From an uncultured Gammaproteobacteria bacterium (lineage in GTDB: Bacteria; Pseudomonadota; Gammaproteobacteria; UBA6002): a DNA stretch of 64,000 bases. Location of the stretch: assembly GCA_963817645.1 (NCBI GenBank), contig CAWFQC010000031.1, positions 34,299 through 98,298 of the forward strand. Reading direction: 5' to 3'. Below the pieces are notes generated by a model, which was not told where the DNA came from, did not search any database, and worked only from the letters and a program-made list of their open reading frames with translations. How positions within the stretch are numbered: the first letter of the stretch is position 1; every line of letters starts with the position of its first letter. The position numbers and the translations under genes are program-made. Of the stretch, positions 48,303-57,774 are shown piece after piece.

Positions 48303-48459
48303 CACTGCCATTAAGTTAAGGGCATTTCCTCTTCGGCCGTCGTCCCGCAATTTCGCTGTCATCCCGCGACTTGTTCGCGGGATCCAGGATAGGGGCACTT
48401 CCCTAGATTCCGTGATCAAGCCATCACCGGACGACAGATTGCTTAACTTAATGGCAGTG
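48303..48459. mobile_element. MITE-1 copy (157 bp, with a small internal duplication)
   Basis: Flanked by the 11-bp direct repeat CTTCGCCGTCG (48292-48302 and 48460-48470). Confidence 0.9.
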
Positions 48460-48470
48460 CTTCGCCGTCG

Positions 48471-48605
48471 CACGGCCATTAAGTTAAGGATAATTTCTCC
48501 TACCGTCATCCCGCGACTTGTTCGCGGGATCCAGGATAGGTCACTTCCCTAGATTCCGTGATCAAGCCATCACCGGACGACAGATTGCTTAACTTAATAG
48601 CAGTG
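48471..48605. mobile_element. MITE-1 copy (135 bp), abutting the previous copy
   Basis: It has the same termini and core. The TSD of the neighbouring copy forms its left flank. Confidence 0.85.
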
Positions 48606-48868
48606 CGACGTAGTGAGAGCCAATTGACGACAGGCCCTAGTTGAATTACAGCCCGAATTGCCACAAACCTTAAAAAAGGCTATGCGGTACCAAGAGTACC
48701 TTCCTTATACCTTTCGGCTAATGCCTTTTGTCAAATTACCTATCCGCTATCTAGTGAATTTATTCCTAAAAATATTAAGGAAACATTAATTTCTATTGGA
48801 TTGAAACCAAAAATAATATACCATCTCTAATTACCTTACTTCCTAAAACTTTTCAATGGAGCTATAAA

Positions 48869-49960
48869 ATGAGTAAAGAGTTCTTAAAAGCTATTTTTGA
48901 ACATCGGACAGAGGAGGCAAAGAAATTTCTTAGAGATCCGAACTTTGATGTTAATTGTGCCATTCCGAGTAAAAGTTTTGGTACCATGAGTGCTCTGGAG
49001 CTTGCTGCGTTTATCGGAGAAATCGAAATACTATCTTTATTGCTTAAACATCCGAGAATTAAATTTGGCGAAGCTGAACGTACACAAAGGACTCCATTGT
49101 ACTTTGCTGTGGAGCAAAATCAACTTGAAGCTTGTAAATTATTACTTCCGTATTGCTATTCCTTAGCCGAGACAGATGATTATAAAATACCGTATTGCTT
49201 GGCAAAGGATAGAATTTACCTTGCGAAGACTTCTTCAGAACGTGAAAAGGCAACTCAAATAGCCGACCTCTTGAGAAATTCAACTTATTATGCAGCTTGT
49301 GCTGCAGGGTATTTAAGCATTGTTAAGCAGGTGGTAGCAGATGGGAATGTCAATATAAATTATATTGGTGATTTTGGTAATGCTCTAATGGCTGCTGCCT
49401 TGTTTTGTCGCGAGGGTGTCGTGGATTATCTGCTTACTTTACCTGGTATAGATATACATTACGCTGACTCCAGTAGTATGTCTATTTTGCAAAGGCTTGC
49501 TGAATCTAACTGTGAAGTGATTAATAAACAAATTATTCACCACTTCAATTATTATTCAGGCGACCAGCCTACTGAAGCCGCCTCTATTGCGAAAAAATTA
49601 ATAAAGAAAGGAGTAGACATCGATTATCGTAATTCCTTTGGGATGACTGCAATTAGCAGAGCCGTCTCATTTAAAAGATTAGATTTGGTTAAAGTTTATG
49701 CCGAAAATAACGCTAACTTAGAATTTAAGTATTCATTGCCCCATCATCACTCGGGAGAAGAAACTGATAGTTTACAGCTAGCATATTTTTCATCTCGTGA
49801 AATATACTCCTATCTGAAGGAGTTCATCTCTAATAAAAAAGATCATGCTTTTGATTCATCAAAGAAGTACATAAATACTTTCTTGGAAAATAGACCCAAG
49901 CCTAAGGGGCAAGGAAGTTATGATTTTTTTGCTCAGGAGAATGTAAATGTCTTTAATTAA
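48869..49960 (+). CDS. Ankyrin-repeat protein
   Basis: Multiple ANK-like units (MSALELAAFIGEIEILSLLLKHP; RTPLYFAVEQNQLEACKLLL; GNALMAAALFCREGVVDYLL; MTAISRAVSFKRLDLVKVYAENNANL). Confidence 0.85.
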   Translation: MSKEFLKAIFEHRTEEAKKFLRDPNFDVNCAIPSKSFGTMSALELAAFIGEIEILSLLLKHPRIKFGEAERTQRTPLYFAVEQNQLEACKLLLPYCYSLAETDDYKIPYCLAKDRIYLAKTSSEREKATQIADLLRNSTYYAACAAGYLSIVKQVVADGNVNINYIGDFGNALMAAALFCREGVVDYLLTLPGIDIHYADSSSMSILQRLAESNCEVINKQIIHHFNYYSGDQPTEAASIAKKLIKKGVDIDYRNSFGMTAISRAVSFKRLDLVKVYAENNANLEFKYSLPHHHSGEETDSLQLAYFSSREIYSYLKEFISNKKDHAFDSSKKYINTFLENRPKPKGQGSYDFFAQENVNVFN

Positions 49961-51446
49961 AGTCGAATTCATTTTCTGGGTTTTTCATAGGCTCTTTTAA
50001 ATCAAATTTATATATAAAGGGTATGGCCTCCAGTTTACTGCGAATCCTATCAAGTTCAGGCATGGGATTTTCTTTAATTAATGTATTAAAATCTTCAACA
50101 ATTTTATCCTGGTGGCCATTCAACAATTCATTTTGACAAATTTTCAAAAATTCTTGAAGTTTGGGAACAGCATCCTTAAGTGTAGTTTGTGCCTCAGAAG
50201 TTAATTTAATCGAATTTAAAACAGCTAAATAGGATTCATCAGTTGATTCACAAACATTCTTTTTAGACCAATTAGTTAAACATTGAGACAGATTTTTATA
50301 TTCTATTTCATTTTTATCTTTAATTACATCCAGTAGGTTTTTAACCTCAGTATTTACTTTTGAAACCTTTTCTTCTATAGGGTTACATATTGCATCCTGG
50401 ACAACATGAGGCATCTTTAAAATATTGGGAACACCTTCTATCATGCCAGTACTTACTGAATCATTAAATTTGTCCTGAAAAATTTCAAGCTTCCAGCGTC
50501 TTGCTTTTTCTACAGGAGACAGTTCTTTTCCATTTGGCTTATTAAGCATAGTAGGATGTGAATAACTCATTCTTTTTGTGAGTTCACTATCTACAGATAA
50601 AGTATCTTTTGATACTTCTTGAGCAACACCTGGGTGATCAATCTTTTTGCTTGCTTCAAATTCAATGATTTCCATATTTGTATTTAATCCTTTCAAATAC
50701 TGCTCCCTAACAAGCGAATCTTCCAGATCAATAAACGTATGCTGGCGACGAGTTTGCTCAATCCCTTCTGGAGAAAAGCGGTATAGCAACCTTTCTTGTG
50801 ATCCATTGCGCCATTCTTCCTCTTCAAGGCTACTAGGCTGAAAATTGTTTAGTAGCTGTATAACCTTAGCAGCTTTTTGGTAATATTGTTCCAGCCAATA
50901 ATAAATAACTCTCGCTTCTTTCTCGGTTTTAGCATATTTCAAGAAGAATTTCAGATCAGCGGAAGCTGCTGAATCTATTAAAAAATGACCAATTGACATA
51001 AGCTTGTGAGTTGGAAGAGGCTGCTTTAATTTCAGCAGAAGTTTATTTAACTTGGTTAACTTTTCATAAAGTTTAAAGGCTTCTCGGACCTTGATAAGAT
51101 GAATATAACGCTTAAGTTCAGCAATTTCATCGTCTTCTGCTTCCTCTCGCCTAACAGCTTCCAAAAATTGCTCAAATTCTTGGTTCTGCAGAAATAAGCA
51201 ACGAGCAACTTCTTTTAAAAGAATCGAAGCCAATATTTGATAATATATCGAATTGGGTTTGCCAAGTTCTTGTATTAACATCTGCTTGCTTAAGGGAATG
51301 TTCAATCTTTGAAGAATTGCAGTCACATTAACAGGAGTAGGACAAGTCAATGCCGACATTAAAAGGGAAATTTCATCAAAATTAATAGCTAACAGCCTTT
51401 TGTCTACAAACAATTTTCTATCTAATAAATTTATACCTATAACCAT
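49953..51446 (-). CDS. Hypothetical protein, helical/coiled-coil-rich, effector-like
   Basis: 497-aa ORF with no recognisable motif. It is convergent with the ankyrin gene and overlaps it by 8 nt. Confidence 0.55.
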   Translation of the reverse strand: MVIGINLLDRKLFVDKRLLAINFDEISLLMSALTCPTPVNVTAILQRLNIPLSKQMLIQELGKPNSIYYQILASILLKEVARCLFLQNQEFEQFLEAVRREEAEDDEIAELKRYIHLIKVREAFKLYEKLTKLNKLLLKLKQPLPTHKLMSIGHFLIDSAASADLKFFLKYAKTEKEARVIYYWLEQYYQKAAKVIQLLNNFQPSSLEEEEWRNGSQERLLYRFSPEGIEQTRRQHTFIDLEDSLVREQYLKGLNTNMEIIEFEASKKIDHPGVAQEVSKDTLSVDSELTKRMSYSHPTMLNKPNGKELSPVEKARRWKLEIFQDKFNDSVSTGMIEGVPNILKMPHVVQDAICNPIEEKVSKVNTEVKNLLDVIKDKNEIEYKNLSQCLTNWSKKNVCESTDESYLAVLNSIKLTSEAQTTLKDAVPKLQEFLKICQNELLNGHQDKIVEDFNTLIKENPMPELDRIRSKLEAIPFIYKFDLKEPMKNPENEFDFN

Positions 51447-51690
51447 CTCTATACACCACCAACCTTAAAATTGAATTTAGTAACTGAGAGTATATTAAAA
51501 TAACGTAAAATAGTATGTAGGAGATTAGAGACAAGTTATGTATGAAAAAACTTACAATAAGCAAATTTATGCGAAATAATAGCTTCAGCTAGCAATAAAA
51601 AAGCGTATGCCTTTCAAATATAAATAAATTCTTAAAATTAAGGCAATAATAATTTATTTAATTTTAGTAAATAGTGTTAGTTCGACGAAT

Positions 51691-51891
51691 CACTGCCATT
51701 AAGTTAAGCAATCTGTCGTCCGGTGATGGTTTGATCACGGAATCTAGGGAAGTGCCTCTATCCTGGATCCCGCGAACAAGTCGCGGGACGACGGCGAAGC
51801 ACTGCTATTAAGTTAAGCAATCTGTCGTCCGATGATGGTTTGATCACGGAATCTAGTGAAGTGCCTCTATCCTGGATCCCGCGAACAAGTC
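51691..51891. mobile_element. MITE-1 cluster, left part: one left-half unit plus a second unit cut by the IS4-family insertion
   Basis: Units start at 51691 and 51800. The outer TSD GTTCGACGAAT is at 51680-51690. Confidence 0.85.
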
Positions 51892-53466
51892 CATAGGTAT
51901 CTACACAAGTAAGGAAACCTAAGCTAACATATTTCAGCTCGGAGTTTTTAGTAAGATAACAGCCTCATGTAGCACTTGCAGCTACCCCCTCTCCCGCGCA
52001 AAAAATCTTTTAATAAACAATAAGTTATTGCGGGAGAGGGTTGGGGTGCTAATCTATGCACACATCTTTTTCTTGACATAATGGCACTCCTAATGTAGAT
52101 ACCCATTTTTCGCGAGCCGCCATCCTCGACATATCGATGCAAACTCTATTTGTCCATTAAGCATTGTAATTGGCCCTGGAGGGCTTTCAGAGGCATATCC
52201 CTTCCAACCTCCTAACCGGGCGATCATCCAGGCCACCCACGCCAAAGTTCTTATTGGATAGGGGTTTTTCTGTTTCTTCGTTTTTCCCTCAGCCGGGGTT
52301 GTATTGCAATCAATACATTAATTTCATCTTCTTCAAAGACATCTGATGCAGGACGATTTGTTTTACTGTCCTCTCTGGCTAAAGTTAACTGCATTGTTTT
52401 TACCGCCGCACGAAGAGCTATTATGGCTAACTTTGTTAAACTTTCTCCTGTTTCAACTTGACTGGTTTCAATTTGAAAACCTTGTTTTTTTATCGTCCTA
52501 AATAGTTGTTCAATATTCCACCTAAGACAATACCAATTGATTTTTTCTTGAGCCTCTTCAAACGAGTTGACTGAGTGTGTTGTCAGTAATCGCCAATGAA
52601 TTGGCTCTTCATCTCCAACAACGCTTTCGGGTAATTCCCTGACATCGATCACAGTCAATTTGACTGTTTTGGGGGCACTTTTGTCAGAACATCCTTGTGG
52701 CCGTTTTACTTCAATTTTTCCATAACGCACTTCTAATTGAGCTGTATGAGCACTACGTTTGTTGACACGTTTATTTAACTCGACCTCATAGACTCCAGCT
52801 ACATCTAATGTATCAATGTAATCAAATAGTAATTTCCCATTAGCCAGACGGCGATTGTAAGAAGATCGGGTTAACAAATGTGTTTTTTCGTCTGGAATAC
52901 GATACCACTCTTCATAAATATCACTTTCCCTATCTGCAATTATTGTTACAAGTGTGGCTTTTGCCAAGGTGATTTTGCTTCGCATAGCCACTGTTAGCCA
53001 ACGATAAGATTCTTTTTCTTCAATAAGCAGCTTTTGATAATCATTGCTGGTTTTTTTCTTTTTTGGCTCTGCTTCATTACCTTCAACTGGCTTTACCTCG
53101 CGCATCCATGTATGGATATCACCCAGTCCCAAGACAGTGCCACTTTTCGCTTCTAAAACTAATAGCGGGTGCAGGAATAAACCATTTTGGTTGGGATTAC
53201 CTAACGGTCCTAACCCAGTTACTCGCTTTGCATGGGAATCATAATTGAGTTCCGTCGTGTCTTGTATTGCTAATACGTGGCAACCTGACACGAGTTCACT
53301 CGTCTTTTTGCTTGCCTCTTCAATTAATTCTTTCACAGTTACCTTTGGATTTGCAAGAAAACGACCGAATCTTACCTCATTAGCGTAAGCGATCAAGCAA
53401 CCCCATCTTTTTTTAATTTTATTACTTTGCGATAGTACTGTTTTCAACTATAAAAGGTAATAAAAG

Positions 53467-53799
53467 ATGGAAGCAATAGTCAAACAAGTTAAAGGATCGA
53501 TGCAATCAGACGTTATAGAAGATGAGGCTTATTGGAATCATCATATCGATCAGCATAAAGTAAGTGGACTATCTAAGAAAAAATATTGTGATTTAAATAG
53601 TATTAACTTTAATCGTTTTAATTATTGTACCCGTAAAAATAGAGAAAAACCTTCGTCGTTAATTGCTGTTAAAGTTAAGCCATCAGAAAAATATTTAAAA
53701 CAAGCAACAACATTATGCACTTTGAATTTTGGAAACGGAAGTTATTTACAGATTCATGATGTACAGGCATTGTCTATTATTTTGAGGGAGGTGCAATAA
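53467..53799 (+). CDS. tnpA: IS66 accessory protein TnpA-like
   Basis: Assigned by its position as the first gene of the IS66 triplet. 110 aa. The stop is adjacent to the tnpB start. Confidence 0.6.
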   Translation: MEAIVKQVKGSMQSDVIEDEAYWNHHIDQHKVSGLSKKKYCDLNSINFNRFNYCTRKNREKPSSLIAVKVKPSEKYLKQATTLCTLNFGNGSYLQIHDVQALSIILREVQ

Positions 53800-53800
53800 T

Positions 53801-54151
53801 ATGCTTTTGACCTTCAATGCAGCTATTTGGTTATATCCGAAACCAATTGACTTTAGGAAGCAAATAGATGGAATTGTTTTGCTTGTAGCTGATCATTTGC
53901 AATTAAATCCCACATCTGGACAATTATTTTTATTTCGTAATCGCACAGCAAATAAAATAAAGATGCTATGGTGGGACAGGAATGGTTTTTGGTTATGTTA
54001 CAAGCGCTTAGAAGAAGGTAGACTGATATTCCCACCACTATCAAATCAAGCGGTTGAATTAACGCGCGATCAATTAAGTTGGCTACTATCAGGATTAAAT
54101 TATCTGGAGCATCGGTTGTTACCAAAGGTGAAAGCGTCAAATTTTTTTTAA
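53801..54151 (+). CDS. tnpB: IS66 Orf2/TnpB
   Basis: DFRKQIDGIVLLVADHLQLNPTSGQLFLFRNRTANKIKMLWWDRNGFWLCYKRLEEGRLIFP matches the IS66 TnpB consensus pattern. Confidence 0.85.
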   Translation: MLLTFNAAIWLYPKPIDFRKQIDGIVLLVADHLQLNPTSGQLFLFRNRTANKIKMLWWDRNGFWLCYKRLEEGRLIFPPLSNQAVELTRDQLSWLLSGLNYLEHRLLPKVKASNFF

Positions 54152-54216
54152 ATTTATGTATAAAAAATTCTATTTTTATAGTATAATTTTTACATTCTTA
54201 TTAATGTGAATGTGTA

Positions 54217-55820
54217 ATGGATTCTGTTGAAATTATTCAATTTTATGAGAAAAAAATTACGGAATTAGAGACCGCATTCGCCCCGCTTGCTCAACAAAAT
54301 ATTGCTTTACAATCTGACTTAGTCACTTATCAAAAACGTTGCGAACAATATGCTCAAGCCTATGAGCAATTGCAGCATCAGTTACAGGAATTATTGCGCT
54401 ATCGTTTTGGAAAGAAATCAGAACGATATATTGAAGATGATATCAATAAACAAATGAGTTTGTTTGATTCTGATATGAAAGCAACTGACCCAGTAGAAGA
54501 GAATGGCGATGATGAAAAGGAAACGATTACTTATCAGCGCAACAAGCCGAAGCCATCAAATAAAGCGCTGCCAAGACGTATTGAAATTATTCCTGCGACT
54601 GATGAGCAAAGACGTTGTACTTGTGGGTGTCAAAAAGAAGTAATTCGCTATGAGACAAAAGAAATATTAAATTATCAACCAGCAATATTTGAAATCATCG
54701 AGCAACGGCGTGAAGTAGTTGCCTGCAAAAAAGGATGTGATGGTGCCATCATGACAGCCCCATCACCGTTGCAAGTATTGCCTAAAACGATGGTCAGTGA
54801 AGCATTCTTATCATTTCTTATTGTCAGTAAGTTAGAAGATAGACAACCGTTGTATCATTTGGAAAAGCAACTCATTGAACGTTATGGTGTGGATTGTTCA
54901 CGTCAAGCCATGGCTGGCTGGATGATTGATCTCATGGCTCCGATGCAGCCGCTTTATAATTTATACAAAGACCAAGTTATTGAATACGATGTAGCGGCTT
55001 GCGATGCGACAAGCCTGCAAGTGTTAAGTGAACCTAATCGTAAAGCGGAAACAAAATCTTACATGTATTGTATGCGTGGCGGAGAGCCTGGCAAGGAAGT
55101 TGTTTTATATGATTACAATGCCGAGAATCATAAAAAATTTGTGACAGACTGGTTTTGTGGATTTAAGGGCTATCTTCATGTTGATGGGGATAATTTTTTT
55201 GAAGACATCGCAGAAGTTCCAGATATTTTTCTGGTCAATTGTAATGCTCACGCACGCAGAAAATTTGAGCCTATTGCCAAAAGCACAAAAGGAAAAGGCT
55301 TGGCAAAAGAGGCCATGCGCCGATATAAAGAACTTTATAAAATTGAACGTAAAGCAAAAAATGAGGGAATGTCGGCAAATGATCGTTATGAATTACGTCA
55401 AAAAGAATCAAAGCCTTTGCTAGAATCATTTAAAAAATGGCTTGATGACAGTTTACAAACTGTTTTACCACAATCTCCTTTAGGGAAAGCAATCAATTAT
55501 TGTCAAAATAGATGGACTAGATTAATTCAATTTTTAGACGATGGAAGGCTGGATATCGATAACAATATTACCGAGCAGAAAATTAAGCCTATCGTAATTG
55601 CACGGAAAACTTTCTTTTTGCTGCTTCAGTTGCAGGCGCAAAAGCGTTATGCATGCATTTTAGTTTTATTCAAACAGCTAAAATGCATGGACATGATCCT
55701 TATCATTACTATCTCATCATTCTTAAAAAATTGCCAAACTGTAAGACAGTGGAGGACTATGAAAAGCTCTTGCCTTGGAATATGAATCCTGATGGTAGCA
55801 ATAAAAATGATACCAGCTAA
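54217..55820 (+). pseudogene. tnpC: IS66 transposase TnpC with a frameshift at an A-run (55606-55609)
   Basis: Zn-ribbon-like CTCGC...CKKGC and a DDE region. The conserved C-terminus (KNFLFAASVAGAKALCMHFSFIQTAKMHGHDPYHYY...LLPWNM) is readable only in the other frame and ends at TAA 55818-55820. Confidence 0.8.
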
Positions 55821-56327
55821 TTACTGTGACCAATAAAAGTAAAAATTCTCCCATTCTGCCATTAGTTTAATGAAAAGCATCTAGGATAACAGCACGTAGT
55901 TCGTTGATCGCTTACTCATTAGCTCTATTCCCTCCAATTTTTCTTAAGCAAACACAGCATTTCTCTATCATCCTTCGAAAAAAAATTGCGCCAGTCTTTT
56001 GTATGCGCTCATCTCCAAAATTTCCTAAGCTAAAATCCATGACTTAATCCACTCCATAAAAACACAATATTGACAACTCTTTGTATTTACTGCGTTCTAT
56101 TTGAGTTTTCAAGCAAAATATACTCCGTATCGCTATTTGCTTTACCATTTAAAAGATGTGTGCATAGATTAGGGTTGGGGTGAGGGCAAACTCTGCTCCC
56201 AACTTTGCCCTCACCCCAACCCTCTCCCGCTGGTAACTTATTGATTCTAGCAAAAATTATAGCGCGGGAGAGGGGGTAGCTGCAAGTGCCAGCAGCCGGA
56301 GGTTCCTTACTTGTGTAGATACCTATG

Positions 56328-56486
56328 GAACAAGTCGCGGGACGACGGCGCACTGCCATTAAGTTAAGCAATCTGTCGTCCGGTGATGGTTTGATCACGG
56401 AATCTAGGGAAGTGCCTCTATCCTGGATCCCGCGAACAAGTCGCGGACGACGGCGAAGAGGAAATGCCCTTAACTTAATGGCAGTG
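56328..56486. mobile_element. MITE-1 cluster, right part: the end of the interrupted unit plus one complete unit (56351-56486)
   Basis: The outer TSD GTTCGACGAAT at 56487-56497 matches 51680-51690. Confidence 0.85.
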
Positions 56487-56529
56487 GTTCGACGAATCTA
56501 AGCAGAGGTGGGGTGGGGTGGATTAGGGC

Positions 56530-56625
56530 CACTGCCATTAAGTAAAAGTCATCGCACCTTGCGCCGTCGTCCCGCGACTTGTTCGCATGATCCAGAGAAT
56601 AAATGGCGAGGAACGACGGCCTCAA
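56530..56625. repeat. Degenerate, truncated MITE-1 copy joined to a MITE-2-like GGCGAGGAACGACGGCC segment
   Basis: CACTGCCATTAAGTAAAAG...CCGTCGTCCCGCGACTTGTTCGCATGATCCAG, followed by ATGGCGAGGAACGACGGCC. Confidence 0.5.
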
Positions 56626-56754
56626 CATTATTTCCAAATTGCTAAAGAACAAAGAGAAGCGCGAATTAGTTAATAAAATTTACATGATTATAATAAAGAG
56701 GTATTTTGTAATTTTGTACACCCCCTTAAATGAAGAATCACAAGGAGTAGGGAT

Positions 56755-57315
56755 ATGAGTAAAAAAATTGGAGTATTTGTAGGGAGTCTTCGAAAAGAAT
56801 CGTTCAATCGTAAAATGGCGAAAGTATTAATTTCACTTGCACCTGATTTACTTAAGCCAGAGATCATTGAAATTGGTAACCTTCCTCTTTATAATCAAGA
56901 TCTTGATGATGAAAACAACTCTCCTTCTGAATGGGTAGCCTTTCGTGAGCGTATAAGCGCTTGTGATGGTGTTTTATTTGTATCACCGGAATATAATCGC
57001 TCAATTCCCGGCGTGCTCAAGAATGCAATCGATGTAGGGTCACGTCCCTATGGCAAAAGCGCTTGGGAAAAAAAACCTGGCGCAGTCATTACTGTCTCTC
57101 CAGGTGCAATTGGGGGATTTGGCGCAAACCATCATTTGAGACAATCAATGGTTTTTTTAAATGTTCCTTGTATGCAACAACCAGAAGCTTATATAGGGCA
57201 GGCAGGTACTTTGTTCAATGCTAATGGTGAAATTGAAAATGAGACAATTCGTAAATTTTTACAAGCTTTTATGGATGCATTTGCTAATTGGGTAAAAATT
57301 TTTTGTAAACAATGA
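56755..57315 (+). CDS. NAD(P)H-dependent FMN reductase (ChrR/YieF-like)
   Basis: GVFVGSLRKESFNRKMA and SPEYNRSIPGVLKNAID. Confidence 0.85.
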   Translation: MSKKIGVFVGSLRKESFNRKMAKVLISLAPDLLKPEIIEIGNLPLYNQDLDDENNSPSEWVAFRERISACDGVLFVSPEYNRSIPGVLKNAIDVGSRPYGKSAWEKKPGAVITVSPGAIGGFGANHHLRQSMVFLNVPCMQQPEAYIGQAGTLFNANGEIENETIRKFLQAFMDAFANWVKIFCKQ

Positions 57316-57407
57316 CTACTGCACTATTCGTAAATTGTTGTTTTTAAAGGCACGTCATTTCCGATATTTGACCCAAAATGGCTTGGGCACTTGCAATGAC
57401 GACGTAT

Positions 57408-57654
57408 CATTGCCATTAAGTTAAGCAATCTGTCGTCCGGTGATGGTTTGATCACGGAATCTAGGGAAGTGCCTCTATCCTGGATCCCGCGAACAAGTCG
57501 CGGGACGACGTAGCGGGAGTCGCGGGACGACGTAGTGGGAGTCGCGGGACGACGTAGCGGGAGTCACGGGACGACGTAGCGGGAGTCACGGGACGACGTA
57601 GCGGGAGTCACGGGACGACGGCGAAAAGGAAATGCCCTTAACTTAATAGCAGTG
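57408..57654. mobile_element. MITE-1 copy expanded by an internal 22-bp tandem array
   Basis: Termini CATTGCCATTAAGTTAAG / CTTAACTTAATAGCAGTG. 11-bp TSD TGACGACGTAT (57397-57407 and 57655-57665). Confidence 0.9.
57497..57620. repeat. Tandem repeat with a 22-bp unit GTC(G/A)CGGGACGACGTAG(C/T)GGGA, about 5.6 copies
   Basis: Units start at 57497, 57519, 57541, 57563 and 57585, with a partial unit at 57607. The first three have GTCGCGGG and the last three GTCACGGG. Confidence 0.95.
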
Positions 57655-57774
57655 TGACGACGTATCAGATGAAATTAGTTACCGAAAGACTTGATTATCG
57701 AGTATTATCCCTCTTTCAGTAGGTTATAAGCACCTCAAGTAGTTACGGCAACTTTAAGTTTGGGCGATATTCAA

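Larger units (their letters stand above)
53385..55915 (+). mobile_element. IS66-family insertion sequence (tnpA-tnpB-tnpC)
   Basis: Termini GTAAGCGATCAAGC... / ...CGTTGATCGCTTAC. 8-bp TSD TCATTAGC (53377-53384 and 55916-55923). Confidence 0.9.
52251..56040 (-). pseudogene. IS4-family (Tn5-like DDE) transposase, split by the IS66 insertion. The N-terminal 41 codons are at 55916-56040 and the remainder is at 52251-53384.
   Basis: N-terminal piece MDFSLGNFGDERIQKTGAIFFRRMIEKCCVCLRKIGGNRANE joins in frame to VRFGRFLANPKVTVKEL once the IS66 element and one TSD copy are removed. IS4 signature YCLRWNIEQLFRTIKKQG. Confidence 0.85.
51892..56327 (-). mobile_element. IS4-family insertion sequence (about 1.9 kb of its own sequence) carrying a nested IS66-family element
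   Basis: 25-bp terminal inverted repeats CATAGGTATCTACACAAGTAAGGAA (51892-51916, and inverted at 56303-56327). 9-bp TSD GAACAAGTC (51883-51891 and 56328-56336). It restores a continuous MITE-1 core when removed. Confidence 0.9.

Noticed and set aside
48225-48552. ORFs 48225-48509 (-) and 48259-48552 (+), and similarly 56087-56398, 56470-56652, 44787-45113, 44920-45156 and 51948-52142.
   Set aside because: They lie entirely within MITE or IS terminal sequences and overlap each other on opposite strands. Their Arg/Pro-rich translations simply reflect the repeat sequence.
57497-57620. The regularly spaced 22-bp repeats could be mistaken for a CRISPR array.
   Set aside because: The units are directly adjacent with no spacers. 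They derive from the MITE-1 core, and there are no cas genes or leader in the window.
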